UHGV virus genome: UHGV-0072281
Length of the DNA stretch: 64,000 nucleotides
Direction: 5' to 3' (one strand)
Source of the DNA: a virus
A program made the position numbers and the translations under genes. Under the pieces are notes generated by a model. That model did no database searches. It had not been told where the DNA came from and saw only the letters and a program-made list of their open reading frames with translations. Below are positions 38,732 through 48,491 of the stretch, in pieces. Positions within the stretch are counted from its first letter, which is position 1. Every line of letters starts with the position of its first letter.

Positions 38732-38847
38732 GCTTTAACTTTTCCAAAGAGAAGTTAAAGCAGTAAGGACTGTTGGCGCAGTCCTTACTTGTCATCGCTA
38801 TTACAGAAACGTGATAGCACAATTCTAATTTTTAGAGGCGATCAGAA

Positions 38848-39015
38848 ATGTTCGACAGTATTACACAAATTTTTAACACTACCGTAAACAATCACGCTCA
38901 GCAAGCGAAGTTTAATGAACGATTAAGGGAAGTTCAACAATTAGGATTAAATAAAAGATTAAAATCTTCCAATAATCCTCGAGTACAGATCTTCACCGAA
39001 AGGAGAAGTAACTGA
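38848..39015 (+). CDS. small basic protein, paralogue 2 of 3 (55 aa)
   Basis: MFDSITQIFNTTVNNHAQQAKFNERLREVQQLGLNKRLKSSNNPRVQIFTERRSN; shares QLG-NKRLK-S-N---QI-TE-RS with paralogue 3. Confidence 0.6.
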   Translation: MFDSITQIFNTTVNNHAQQAKFNERLREVQQLGLNKRLKSSNNPRVQIFTERRSN

Positions 39016-39023
39016 TAAAAACA

Positions 39024-39053
39024 AGGTGAGCTGTTGGAGCAGCTCACCTTTTA
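39024..39053 (+). terminator. intrinsic terminator
   Basis: Hairpin aggtgagctg-ttggag-cagctcacct then ttt. Confidence 0.65.
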
Positions 39054-39111
39054 CAACGCCATTACGTTTCCGTAATGGATTTCTTTAATCACCCTACAAA
39101 GAGGGCTTACC

Positions 39112-39285
39112 ATGAACAATGGTTACTACTTTACTGACAAAATGCTTGCAGAACAATATGCAGCAAAAACCAATTTACAGCAACGTATCTACGAGTATAG
39201 TCAACTCGGTGCGAATAAACGATTAAAACCATCAACCAACCGTTTCACACAGATAATCACTGAAAAAAGGAGTGAACGCTACTAA
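39112..39285 (+). CDS. small basic protein, paralogue 3 of 3 (57 aa)
   Basis: MNNGYYFTDKMLAEQYAAKTNLQQRIYEYSQLGANKRLKPSTNRFTQIITEKRSERY. Confidence 0.6.
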   Translation: MNNGYYFTDKMLAEQYAAKTNLQQRIYEYSQLGANKRLKPSTNRFTQIITEKRSERY

Positions 39286-39420
39286 CTAATAAAAGGGGGT
39301 GTGCTACCACCCCCTACTTAGTTCAGCAGTTGTCTTTCGTTCATAAATATTAGATGTCTTGTTTTTTTTTGCTTTTCGGGACGCATAAGGGGTCGTAGGG
39401 GGAGCCGAAGCTCCCCAGAC

Positions 39421-40983
39421 TCAAAAGAGTTCGTCACCCATACCGCCTGTAAAGACGTTAATCGACGATGCAGTCACTGTTTCTTCTTTATCGCAATCCC
39501 ATGGCAGAATGCCAACTTCACGGAAAGGTATTACTGTATAATGGTAAGCTTCTTTAGTATCGATAATTGTACGGTGTTTACCACGTTGTACTTCTAAGTA
39601 ACTATGCCCATTGACAACACGTTTGTTAAAATACATCTCACCGTCAGCTTCGTTATCCAAGCTGGAGCAGTTATCGTAAAGACCGCGACCTGGTAAGTTC
39701 TTACAGAAACTTGCTGGGTCTAACGCTTTTAATTTTTTGCCTTCTGGTGAGATTTGGTGTGGCGCTAACAAGAAACCACGGTTACGTACTACCTGGATGT
39801 TTCGAGCGATACGATAAATTTCTTTAATGTCGCTACCGGCAATCCCGTTACCGTGACCTGCTTTACTGATAGTCCCGAAATAGTCTCCGCGAATCCCAGC
39901 TACATGATAACCTCGACGCTTTAAGTCCAGTATTAAGTCGTTTAAGTAATGTATTTTAAAATCTGAGTTTGTGTGTTTCTGAAAGATGTACTCCCAACCG
40001 TTAGCCCGCATTTTACTACAGAGGTAGTCCGACATTTTTGTGTTGTGTAAAGCTTTCTCTTCGTCGGTAGCGTTTTCAGAAGCAACCATAACCGGTGCTT
40101 CACCTTCAAAATGACCGTAGAGCGCTTGGTACGCATACGCCAAATTAACGTCCAGTTCGTTCTCTAAACTTAAATCGAGAATAACCGGCTGTAAATCCCC
40201 TTTAACGTTTTCCATTACCTTTTCAGGCGTATTGAATACCGGAATACTGATAGACAACAACAGACTAAAAAGCGATTTACAGTTAAAGGGCAGTGCAGGC
40301 ATTAGCCAAAGTTCTTCAGTAATCCCTTTGTTACAACCCAACATCTGGTTAATGGCTTTCCATCCGGTACGTAAACCATTACCCGCTGCTTTCTTACTGA
40401 TTGAGTCGAACACATGTACGAACGGTGCACGGTTATCCGTAATAAGTTCACCTACGAGTGAGGGAATCTTATTATGAGAGCGTTCACTGAACGTAGAGAG
40501 ACTATCTCTGAGGTCGTTGAGCGCTGTTTGTAAATCAACGCGCGTTTCGGTTCCGTTCAGTGCGCCTAACGTACGACCTAATTTTTGTTTCAGTTGTACG
40601 CCTTGAATAGCTTGACGTAATTGGAAGTAGTATTGTGCTACTTGACGGTTAAGATGCTCGATGCGTGCTTCTGGTTCTTCTGGAATATCATCTTCCAGGA
40701 ATTTGGTAATCGTATCGTATAGAGGACGTATTTGCGTAGTGGCCAGTTTCAAACGTTTCATGACGTTTGTGTGGTCGTAAGGCATACCGCCGTCTATGAT
40801 GGATGTGATGATATCCTTGATTTCGACGAGGGCGGCACGTTCGTCACCTTCCTCTACGTAATCAGGAAGCTTAGCCTCTAACAGCACTTTTCTTATGACC
40901 TCGTGATCCTTCTCAGGGTCGGTCAGCAGACTTTCAGTGTATAGTGTGGCTAATGCGGTTATCAACATCATTTTGTTATTCAT
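39421..40983 (-). CDS. hypothetical protein
   Basis: 520-aa ORF; start codon 13 bp from divergent gene start. Confidence 0.8.
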   Translation of the reverse strand: MNNKMMLITALATLYTESLLTDPEKDHEVIRKVLLEAKLPDYVEEGDERAALVEIKDIITSIIDGGMPYDHTNVMKRLKLATTQIRPLYDTITKFLEDDIPEEPEARIEHLNRQVAQYYFQLRQAIQGVQLKQKLGRTLGALNGTETRVDLQTALNDLRDSLSTFSERSHNKIPSLVGELITDNRAPFVHVFDSISKKAAGNGLRTGWKAINQMLGCNKGITEELWLMPALPFNCKSLFSLLLSISIPVFNTPEKVMENVKGDLQPVILDLSLENELDVNLAYAYQALYGHFEGEAPVMVASENATDEEKALHNTKMSDYLCSKMRANGWEYIFQKHTNSDFKIHYLNDLILDLKRRGYHVAGIRGDYFGTISKAGHGNGIAGSDIKEIYRIARNIQVVRNRGFLLAPHQISPEGKKLKALDPASFCKNLPGRGLYDNCSSLDNEADGEMYFNKRVVNGHSYLEVQRGKHRTIIDTKEAYHYTVIPFREVGILPWDCDKEETVTASSINVFTGGMGDELF

Positions 40984-40996
40984 GGAGCATCCTTAA

Positions 40997-41521
40997 ATGC
41001 AAATTCGTTTTAGTCCACCGTGGGAAGTTCAGCCTAACATAGATAAAGGCGCTGCCGTTAAAAGTGTAGAATTGCTCCAGGCAGGGTTCTTTAACTGGTT
41101 ATATGACTGTCCGAATGGTTTCAGTTCTATCATCTTACCTGAAGTAAGTCGTTCTGCTATTTATAAAGCGTTAATGGCTCCGCCTGTACTTCCAGGTAAA
41201 TATTATGATCAGGTGTTACGTCTGGTCGAATCAGGCGAAAAGGTTTCCCTTGACGATTTATATGGGGAAACAATTCCTTGTCGCTTACGCTGGGTCTTTA
41301 CCCAACGTGGTGATACGATTGTGGCGTCATTTGCAGAAGCGAAGTCCGGTTCGGGTTTTTCTTCGGGTGAAGACCACGCTGCGAAAAAGATGTTCTGCGC
41401 AGAACTTTTTAAATATATGCGTACCAAGACTCGCGTCGTGGATGACTGCTTCAGTACCTCAACGCAGTTTGCCGCTAACGAAGTGCTGACGCAATTATAC
41501 GCATGTCATTTATCTCATTAA
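40997..41521 (+). CDS. hypothetical protein
   Basis: 174 aa; GGAG SD 9 nt upstream. Confidence 0.75.
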   Translation: MQIRFSPPWEVQPNIDKGAAVKSVELLQAGFFNWLYDCPNGFSSIILPEVSRSAIYKALMAPPVLPGKYYDQVLRLVESGEKVSLDDLYGETIPCRLRWVFTQRGDTIVASFAEAKSGSGFSSGEDHAAKKMFCAELFKYMRTKTRVVDDCFSTSTQFAANEVLTQLYACHLSH

Positions 41522-41533
41522 GGTATTAAACAA

Positions 41534-43819
41534 ATGAAAGATACCCGAATCTCTAATTTAGAGAAACTCGTAGAAGCCGGTACTAGTCTGGCCCAAAACG
41601 TCATCGGCAACAACACCGCCAGCGAAATGTGGAAGACGATTGTTGCAGGCGAGTCCGTACGTAGCAACGCAAAAGTATTTGGCGCTCTGCGTGACGAAGC
41701 ATCACAGCACTATGCCAACGCTTTTGGCGGCAAGAAAATGTCTCATGCTGCGACCGTCGCTTCCGCAATGATTCTGGGCGTAGCTAACCACGGTAAAGAC
41801 CTGCAAGAACGTGTTGCCCAGGAATACGCTAAGCCGGAATTCCACACCAAGTATAACCTGGATATTGGTATCCCTGGTGCGCAAGGTGGTGATTGGGGTC
41901 GTGAGCGTATGGTTGTTGCTCAGGAATACTACAGCAACAAAGACTACGACAAAAACTTGGGCCTGACCTGGACCCTGAACGTACGTGCTCTGGAAACTCA
42001 GTCCAAGTTTGCTGAAACACTGTTCCCGACCATTACCGTTGACACCAACGATGTTGGTATTACCGTACGTACTAAAGTGACTACCGTTTCTCGCGGTATC
42101 ATGAACGCGCTGCTGAGCAAAGACGTCGTTGAAGATCATCGTCGTCCGCTGCACAACGCACTGACTGACCACACCGTTCTCCAGGACGAAGCGATCAACA
42201 TCGTTCCTTACGTAATGGAAACCGGTGAAAACCAGGAATACTTCGTAAGCGAAGATCTGGTTCCGAACGAAAAAGTTCGCCTGGGTCGTGTACCTCCGTA
42301 TCCGACTAACTACCTGAGCTTTGCAAACGACACGCTGAACCTGTTCCAGCTGTCTGCGCATCCGGGTATCGTTCAGGAAGGTTACGATGAAACTGATGAA
42401 ATCGCACCGGGTTGTGCTCTGGGCAGCCTGCTGATTTCTGTACGTAAACCGGCCGAAGAAGCGAAAGCGGGTAAATTCATCAAACTGCACGTTCGTGACA
42501 TGCAGTTCGCAACCTTCCAGCGTCCTGCTGAAGGTGACGGCCGTGAACTGGTTCTGCAATTCCGTCGTACCGCGTTCTCTCTGAATGCGAAAACCACTGA
42601 CTGGAAAGGCGACGCTATTCCGGCACTGCAAGCACTGGGCCAGAACTCCTACACCCTGCGCTACGTTATCACCATCACCATGTCCCTGTTCACCAGCGGC
42701 CAGTTCGGTGGTAAAGTAGACATTTCCGGCCACAAACTGGAAATCGAAGGTCTGTACGATGCAACTGGTAACAAAGTTGATACCAAGTCTGGTACCGGCA
42801 AAGTTATCCTGGATGGCCTGAAACTCGAACTGATGGGCTGGCGCTTCGATGGTACTCGTACCAACGAAAACCGTCGTACCCAGGGTCTGCTGCTTGACCC
42901 AATTTGGGAACAGGAAAACTACAAACTGCAATACGGTTCTCCGATTCTGACCAAGTCTCCGGTTGGTGTTGAATACGACGACACTGAACGTCTGGATGAC
43001 CTGATCTCTGCGGTGAACATCCGTAACGAACAGCTGGCTATTACTCAGACGCTGTCTTACACTGAAGCAGTACGTAACGCAGCCGCTGCGATGATCACTC
43101 CGTGGGACAAACCGGCTATCCGTGGTCTGGGCCGTCACTGGGTTGCTCCGTGGTTCAAAGAGTCTGACTACAAAGTCGATGAAGTTGTTCAGTCTCTGGA
43201 TACCAAAGAAGCGCTGATCAACGCTCGTCAGGGTCTGTTGCAGCGTATCGGTAGCCAGGTAACTCAGGCTATCCAGGATTCTCGTTTCATTCCTGCACTG
43301 CGCCTGCTGACCGCTGATCCGGACATTCTTCCGAAAGTTATTATCGCAACTGACGAACCGACTGCATCCATGCTGCTGCTGGTTCAGGGCGACCAACGTC
43401 TGCTGGGCGACCGTTATGAATACGAAGTCGTTACCACCAACGATGACCGCTGGCGTATCTACAACGCAGCTGACGATTCCTGGACTCGTCGTCTGCAATG
43501 GTTCCTGAAAGTTCCGACTGCGGACGATGGTTCCTACTGCGTACTGAACTGGGGTAACCACTTCTGGTCTCCGATCATGGTTACCAACATCAACATTCAG
43601 CGTAACGGTTCTACTTCTAAAGAACTGGCTGTACAGCCGCGTAACGCGCATATCTGCCACTGCCCGATCACTGGTCTGATTTGGGTTAAAGGCATCACCA
43701 AACTGGTTGAAGAAAAACTGGCTTACAACGTTTCTGTAGAACAGAACGGCCAGAAACAAACCGAAGGTGGTGTAGCAGGTAACCTTGCTGTCGAAGGCAA
43801 AGCTACCGCTGGTAAATAA
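41534..43819 (+). CDS. candidate major capsid protein
   Basis: 761 aa, size class of phiKZ-type major capsid proteins; strongest optimal-codon bias in window; AAGG SD; strong terminator downstream; S/A/G-x-E motifs in N-terminal ~100 aa; no homology check possible. Confidence 0.45.
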   Translation: MKDTRISNLEKLVEAGTSLAQNVIGNNTASEMWKTIVAGESVRSNAKVFGALRDEASQHYANAFGGKKMSHAATVASAMILGVANHGKDLQERVAQEYAKPEFHTKYNLDIGIPGAQGGDWGRERMVVAQEYYSNKDYDKNLGLTWTLNVRALETQSKFAETLFPTITVDTNDVGITVRTKVTTVSRGIMNALLSKDVVEDHRRPLHNALTDHTVLQDEAINIVPYVMETGENQEYFVSEDLVPNEKVRLGRVPPYPTNYLSFANDTLNLFQLSAHPGIVQEGYDETDEIAPGCALGSLLISVRKPAEEAKAGKFIKLHVRDMQFATFQRPAEGDGRELVLQFRRTAFSLNAKTTDWKGDAIPALQALGQNSYTLRYVITITMSLFTSGQFGGKVDISGHKLEIEGLYDATGNKVDTKSGTGKVILDGLKLELMGWRFDGTRTNENRRTQGLLLDPIWEQENYKLQYGSPILTKSPVGVEYDDTERLDDLISAVNIRNEQLAITQTLSYTEAVRNAAAAMITPWDKPAIRGLGRHWVAPWFKESDYKVDEVVQSLDTKEALINARQGLLQRIGSQVTQAIQDSRFIPALRLLTADPDILPKVIIATDEPTASMLLLVQGDQRLLGDRYEYEVVTTNDDRWRIYNAADDSWTRRLQWFLKVPTADDGSYCVLNWGNHFWSPIMVTNINIQRNGSTSKELAVQPRNAHICHCPITGLIWVKGITKLVEEKLAYNVSVEQNGQKQTEGGVAGNLAVEGKATAGK

Positions 43820-43834
43820 TATCGAATAAAAAGT

Positions 43835-43872
43835 GTCTAAGCCCCAAAAGGGCTTAGACCTTTTATTTTTTT
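43835..43872 (+). terminator. strong intrinsic terminator
   Basis: Hairpin gtctaagccc-caaaa-gggcttagac then ttttatttttttc. Confidence 0.85.
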
Positions 43873-43884
43873 CTTTCTATTATT

Positions 43885-43911
43885 TTTCGGATAGATATTA
43901 TTAAAGAGAGA
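43885..43911 (+). promoter_or_regulatory. conserved promoter-like element, copy 3 (TTTCGGATAGATATTATTAAAGAGAGA)
   Basis: 22/27 identity to copies 1 and 2; again directly downstream of a terminator. Confidence 0.4.
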
Positions 43912-43937
43912 CTGTCAGTTGGTTTAAAGGAGAGTTT

Positions 43938-43988
43938 ATGGAAAAATTACAGTTAAAACTAAAGATATGTACCATTATTAAAACTTAA
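43938..43988 (+). CDS. 16-codon upstream ORF / possible leader peptide (MEKLQLKLKICTIIKT)
   Basis: Strong SD AAAGGAGAG 6 nt before ATG; stops 12 nt before ATG of 44001 gene, which itself lacks an SD. Confidence 0.3.
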   Translation: MEKLQLKLKICTIIKT

Positions 43989-44000
43989 TCTGGCCCTTAC

Positions 44001-45011
44001 ATGAACCGTCTTGATATTGATGTGGTACCCAGTGTTACTGACCGCTCGTTGTATCAAAAGTCAGGACTACAAAAACTCATCACTTTTGAGAATAATACTG
44101 GTGTGCCAATTTACGTCACTGAAACCAGTGGCGGTAGCTTTATTTTAACTCCGTCCAAAAGCACGGCTGATGAGCATGGGGTTGTTGTTTATGTAACGTA
44201 TCAATCGTTCGGAAATCTGGCTAACCTGAACGGGTTTGCAGAAGTCTTACCAGAAAAACAATTCACTAAATTTTGTGCAGATTTAAAGGAGAAAGGAGAG
44301 GTCACACTCCGATACGTCGTCGACGATATCGGTGCTTTATTACGTGGGGACTTGGTTGTATTGAAGCAGTTAGGATTTGCATTTTCAATTACACCAGTTC
44401 GATTAGAAAGTACACCACCGAGTGTAAGGCCAGGAGGTGAGAGAACTGAATTTACATTGGGTGTTATTGTTGTGCAGCGTTACGACGATCCCGAATTATA
44501 TCGTTGGATTAGATTCTACGGAACGCGCATGGAAGTACAACCGATTCTATCGCGGTATTACGAACCGGGTGTGTACATGGTAATAGGAGGAGGAGACAAA
44601 GTAGAAGGGAGCAGGATGATTCACTTTGAGTTCGATGACTTATTGTCACCGTTCCGTGTTTTTAAAGATAAAGAAACAGCCACTGCGTTTCGATGGCAAG
44701 AAACGTTACCGGATATTCACGAGATAAAGGAAAAGCTGGAAAGTCAATACAGAGAAAAATTAGAAAGTTTGGATTCGGCAAAAGACAAACTGGAATTAGA
44801 ACACAAAAAACAACTACAGAATTTGGCTTTAGAAAAGGAGCGTTTGACTCTAGCGTATAAACAACAAGAACTAGAAGCAAAGTCTCGGGCAGAGGCACGA
44901 AAAGAATTCTACGAGACTCGTTCTTACATTCGTAAAGATGGGTCAGACCTATTTAAATCAGTCCCTGCGTATCTGGCGGCGGGTGTCGCATTTATAGGGA
45001 TGCTAAAGTAA
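44001..45011 (+). CDS. hypothetical protein with C-terminal coiled coil and terminal hydrophobic segment
   Basis: 336 aa; C-terminal KLESQYREKLESL...KQQELEAK then AYLAAGVAFIGML; AT-rich codon usage. Confidence 0.75.
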   Translation: MNRLDIDVVPSVTDRSLYQKSGLQKLITFENNTGVPIYVTETSGGSFILTPSKSTADEHGVVVYVTYQSFGNLANLNGFAEVLPEKQFTKFCADLKEKGEVTLRYVVDDIGALLRGDLVVLKQLGFAFSITPVRLESTPPSVRPGGERTEFTLGVIVVQRYDDPELYRWIRFYGTRMEVQPILSRYYEPGVYMVIGGGDKVEGSRMIHFEFDDLLSPFRVFKDKETATAFRWQETLPDIHEIKEKLESQYREKLESLDSAKDKLELEHKKQLQNLALEKERLTLAYKQQELEAKSRAEARKEFYETRSYIRKDGSDLFKSVPAYLAAGVAFIGMLK

Positions 45012-45021
45012 GGAGCGTGGC

Positions 45022-46797
45022 GTGTTTAAAGATGCAATCAGAAAGCTTAAAGAGGATGGCAAAATAGTACCCTTTAACCGAGCGATTGCGGAAGGTGTCG
45101 GTTATACCCAGGCCAAAGATGGTATACACGAACGTGTTCAGATTATCTTGAAACGTGAGCTGGATTATCATCCTGTTGATAATCCGCGTGTTCCTGAAGG
45201 GCTGGCTGTATTAGGTGTACGGTTAATGTCGCCGTTTGAAACGTTCATCTATAAGCTGTCTCGTTCTGAGAGCAGCAGAATGGATAGACGCCGTGGTGTG
45301 ATGTCCATTGCGAACACCGATGCGTATATGGTCATGTCAACATTCCGTATTCCAGGAGATTCTCGACCGATCTCAAGACCGATTAACTTACCCTTTATCC
45401 GTCGTGGTGGTTTAATGAACTATTACGGTACGACGTATCACGTTGCGCCGGTTATTCACCAGCCAGGTATCTGTCGCGAACACGGTGGGGTATTTGTTAA
45501 CTTTGACTTTAAACGTAAAGCCTCGTTGAAATTCTGTAAGCAACCTGTCCGTGTGTTAGTCAACGGTAAAAAAGAGGAGCTATTCTTACCAGGAACCAAA
45601 AACCTGTTCAAAGCGAAGAACGCAACACATCCCGATACTGACGAGAAACCGTTAATGTATTGGTTGTTCGGACGTTACGGATTTAAAGAAGCGATTAAAC
45701 GCTATACTGGTGTTGACGTAGAAATTTATCCATCGTTTAAGATCCCAGAACTCGATCTCAACGAGAAAGTTGTAATCAGTTCCGGTGAATCGAAATATAA
45801 CCGTTCGATAATGTACGCGGTTGTCGTACCCGCAGAAGCATTGCCGAACGTGGATAAAGTCGGTTGGGATCAAAACGAGCATTTATTGCTGGCTGCAATT
45901 GCTGCGTTCTTCAAAGCTGCTCACTACTATTGCAGTAAACAATCTATTAAGAACGGTAACGTCACACCGCTGCCGCCGCTGTTTACCGCAATTAACGAGT
46001 TAGCGATGGAAGACGATATTGCTAATCTGAACTCTGCTCCGATTTGGCGTGAGATTCTGGGAAGAAGTATCGTAGGACTGAAACCTTCCGATATTGAGTT
46101 AGCGCACAGTATGGCGAAACACTATACTGAATGTGATCGCTATGTTAACTCAACGTTCCGTGCAGAACTGAAGATGACCGATCCCGACATTCCAGACGAT
46201 ATGGATATGTTTGATTTCTTCTGGTATGCAACGAAACTGATGGTACGTACCCGTTTGACCAAACAGGGCGACATTCCGTCGATGTACGGAAAACGTTTAA
46301 CCGTAACTGACTACTTACTGTTAGGTGACCGTGGGTTTACACCAACGGTAGCGGCTATTCGTTTCCAGCTGGGACAAACGGAGAACCGTTCGCCGGAATC
46401 CTGCGCGAATATGATTCGTAGCGCACTCAATAAAGAAATTGTCACGAGTCTGGTACTGCGTAATATCACCGGTAATGGCGGTGTAAGTTATTTTAACGCA
46501 TCAACAGAATCCATGGTGTTAGGAGTATCCACACACGCGATCAGTCAAACTGAAACGGAATCTAAACGCAACAGCAAGGGCGGTAAAACGGTTAACCTTA
46601 ACGACCGTACGAAACACGCTTCTGCATCGCATCTGGAGTGTGGTAACGTTTATTATATTCCGAAATCATCCCCGTTCAAATGGGGTGTCCTTAACCCGTA
46701 TATGAAAACTAACCGTCAGTTAGTGATGGTTCGTAATCCAAAACTTGACGAGTTAATTCAAGCAACTGAAGAAGACATTGCGAAGATTGGCCGTTAA
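45022..46797 (+). CDS. hypothetical protein (GTG start proposed)
   Basis: 591 aa; AAGGAG SD 6 nt before GTG 45022. Confidence 0.75.
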   Translation: MFKDAIRKLKEDGKIVPFNRAIAEGVGYTQAKDGIHERVQIILKRELDYHPVDNPRVPEGLAVLGVRLMSPFETFIYKLSRSESSRMDRRRGVMSIANTDAYMVMSTFRIPGDSRPISRPINLPFIRRGGLMNYYGTTYHVAPVIHQPGICREHGGVFVNFDFKRKASLKFCKQPVRVLVNGKKEELFLPGTKNLFKAKNATHPDTDEKPLMYWLFGRYGFKEAIKRYTGVDVEIYPSFKIPELDLNEKVVISSGESKYNRSIMYAVVVPAEALPNVDKVGWDQNEHLLLAAIAAFFKAAHYYCSKQSIKNGNVTPLPPLFTAINELAMEDDIANLNSAPIWREILGRSIVGLKPSDIELAHSMAKHYTECDRYVNSTFRAELKMTDPDIPDDMDMFDFFWYATKLMVRTRLTKQGDIPSMYGKRLTVTDYLLLGDRGFTPTVAAIRFQLGQTENRSPESCANMIRSALNKEIVTSLVLRNITGNGGVSYFNASTESMVLGVSTHAISQTETESKRNSKGGKTVNLNDRTKHASASHLECGNVYYIPKSSPFKWGVLNPYMKTNRQLVMVRNPKLDELIQATEEDIAKIGR

Positions 46798-46836
46798 CCA
46801 CGAAAGACGTATTAAGACCTATTAGGAGAATTAAGA

Positions 46837-48447
46837 ATGGCAAGCTACAGCGAAACTCGTGAATTTATCTTGAAAGTTGTAATGGCTAAACAGGATCAGC
46901 TGTTGAACTATCTCGTCGATGCGATGAATGCGAAAGGGATAAAAGAAGATCCGTTTGTTAATGCAGCGTGCATTGTAGGTAACTGGTATCTGCAAAACCG
47001 TCGTCCTAACGACCAGACTAACGTTGCGGTTATCGAAACCTTTAAGGCAACGCTGTATAGCCGTCTGTTAGGTTTAGGCCTGACGCCGTTGCAGCCGGAC
47101 ATTCATAGCGCGTTAGAGAAAGCGTTTGTGCTGGCGAATCAACTTGCAGAAGAAGCTCGTCGTGCCGGGCAGGGTGGATTCGGTGTACGTACTGAACCAG
47201 TTAACTTCGGTATTCAGAATTCACAGAATGCGCAACCAACCGCACCGATTCAGGGTTCTTCTGTACCAATGGCCAGCTATACTCCGGCAGGTGTAACAGT
47301 GCAACCTGTACAACCCGCTCCGGTATTCGGCGGTACTCCGCAACCTCAACCTCAGCCGCAATCGCAGCCTGCTATTATTCAGCCGGCTGTTCCGCAGGAA
47401 GTGATGAACAAAAGCAAGCCTGTGGATATGAATAAGGAAACGATGGATGATATCATTCAACGTGCTAACCGTCCTCACCATGACATTTTGCGGGTAGAAA
47501 TTGTGGAAGACTATTTAGATCACGAGCTGAAAGAAAAGATTCAGCAAAACGTTGTTTCGCCGAAAGAAGCTAACACACGCGTCAAGAATTCTGTGTATGC
47601 AGAACATCGTGACTGGGGTGATAAGGTTAGTGAACTGGTTGAAGATAACGACAAACAATATTGCTCGTATGACGATGCGGGTATCATGGTGAAAGTCGAA
47701 AGCGAATATCGTCTGTATCCGATGGCACAGACTGAAACTTCTGCGGTGTATCTCCAGGAGTTTTATAGTTCGGTTCGCCAGATTATCGACGATCTCGATA
47801 CCGTACGTGATATTGACGATATTGAAAAGCTGATGGAGCGTGTTTCTAATGACGTCTTCAGACTGCGTGACCTTGCACAACGTTTGTTAATGTACTTCCT
47901 CACCAAATCTGATGAGAATGAAACGTATCGTAGCGAATGTTCAATGTTTACTCGTCGTTTCGTTGCAACATTAACCGTGCTGGTTCACAACGCTATCTCC
48001 GTGGCATCTGCTTACGGTAAAGACGTTCCGGGTACGAAATTCGTACAATTGGAATGCTGCCTGGATGACATGACCTACTTTAAAGAGACAGTGTATGGTC
48101 GTACCATCGGTGAAAACGGCGTGAGCAAGTCTGCGGATTATTTCCGTGAAATGTTCCTGCTAATCGCACGTTCTCTGCGTAAGCTGCACATTCGTCTGAC
48201 CTGCGATAATAAAGCCATTGAACTGTCTCAGGTAACGTACACGATTTCTCTGCAAGCAGATTATCAATCCGCTAACGATCGTCATATCGTGGAAATCTCT
48301 TCGTTTGGTAATAGCTTCGAACCGATTGTTTCAATCTACGAAGTCATTAACCAGAAAGCACCAGAAGCGTTCATTAAACTTAAGACCCCGTCTCACGTTT
48401 ATTCGCTACTGAGCACAGGTGACGTTACTGCACCGGTTCGTTATTAA
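46837..48447 (+). CDS. hypothetical protein with PQ-repeat linker
   Basis: 536 aa; AGGAGAA SD; low-complexity GTPQPQPQPQSQPAIIQPAVPQ. Confidence 0.8.
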   Translation: MASYSETREFILKVVMAKQDQLLNYLVDAMNAKGIKEDPFVNAACIVGNWYLQNRRPNDQTNVAVIETFKATLYSRLLGLGLTPLQPDIHSALEKAFVLANQLAEEARRAGQGGFGVRTEPVNFGIQNSQNAQPTAPIQGSSVPMASYTPAGVTVQPVQPAPVFGGTPQPQPQPQSQPAIIQPAVPQEVMNKSKPVDMNKETMDDIIQRANRPHHDILRVEIVEDYLDHELKEKIQQNVVSPKEANTRVKNSVYAEHRDWGDKVSELVEDNDKQYCSYDDAGIMVKVESEYRLYPMAQTETSAVYLQEFYSSVRQIIDDLDTVRDIDDIEKLMERVSNDVFRLRDLAQRLLMYFLTKSDENETYRSECSMFTRRFVATLTVLVHNAISVASAYGKDVPGTKFVQLECCLDDMTYFKETVYGRTIGENGVSKSADYFREMFLLIARSLRKLHIRLTCDNKAIELSQVTYTISLQADYQSANDRHIVEISSFGNSFEPIVSIYEVINQKAPEAFIKLKTPSHVYSLLSTGDVTAPVRY

Positions 48448-48491
48448 GTTTGGATTGGGGGTGGAAACATCCCCATTTTTAAGGAGTGCGT

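Noticed and set aside
39295-39314. Stem gggggtg-tgctacc-caccccc after the third small paralogue, as a terminator
   Set aside because: The GC-rich stem is present but there is no downstream T-run, so it was not called as an intrinsic terminator. It may still be a structured RNA element.
41702-43759. 685-aa ORF on the minus strand
   Set aside because: Lies entirely antisense to the strongly codon-biased 761-aa gene. Its product is low complexity (V/R/F/T/Q-rich) with no start context. This is a typical shadow ORF created by biased codon usage on the sense strand.
44001-45011. Tubulin (PhuZ-like) or other cytoskeletal protein among the mid-sized ORFs
   Set aside because: No GGGTG[ST]G tubulin signature or Walker-type NTPase motif was found in this or neighbouring ORFs. 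The coiled-coil protein with a hydrophobic C-terminus is left as hypothetical.
45022-46797. Terminase large subunit or other Walker-A ATPase among the 450-600-aa ORFs
   Set aside because: The only P-loop-like string (NSKGGKT) is near the C-terminus and lacks the GxxxxGK[ST] spacing. No ORF in the 31.6-36.4 kb or 45-48.4 kb blocks shows Walker A/B plus nuclease motifs, so no terminase is called.
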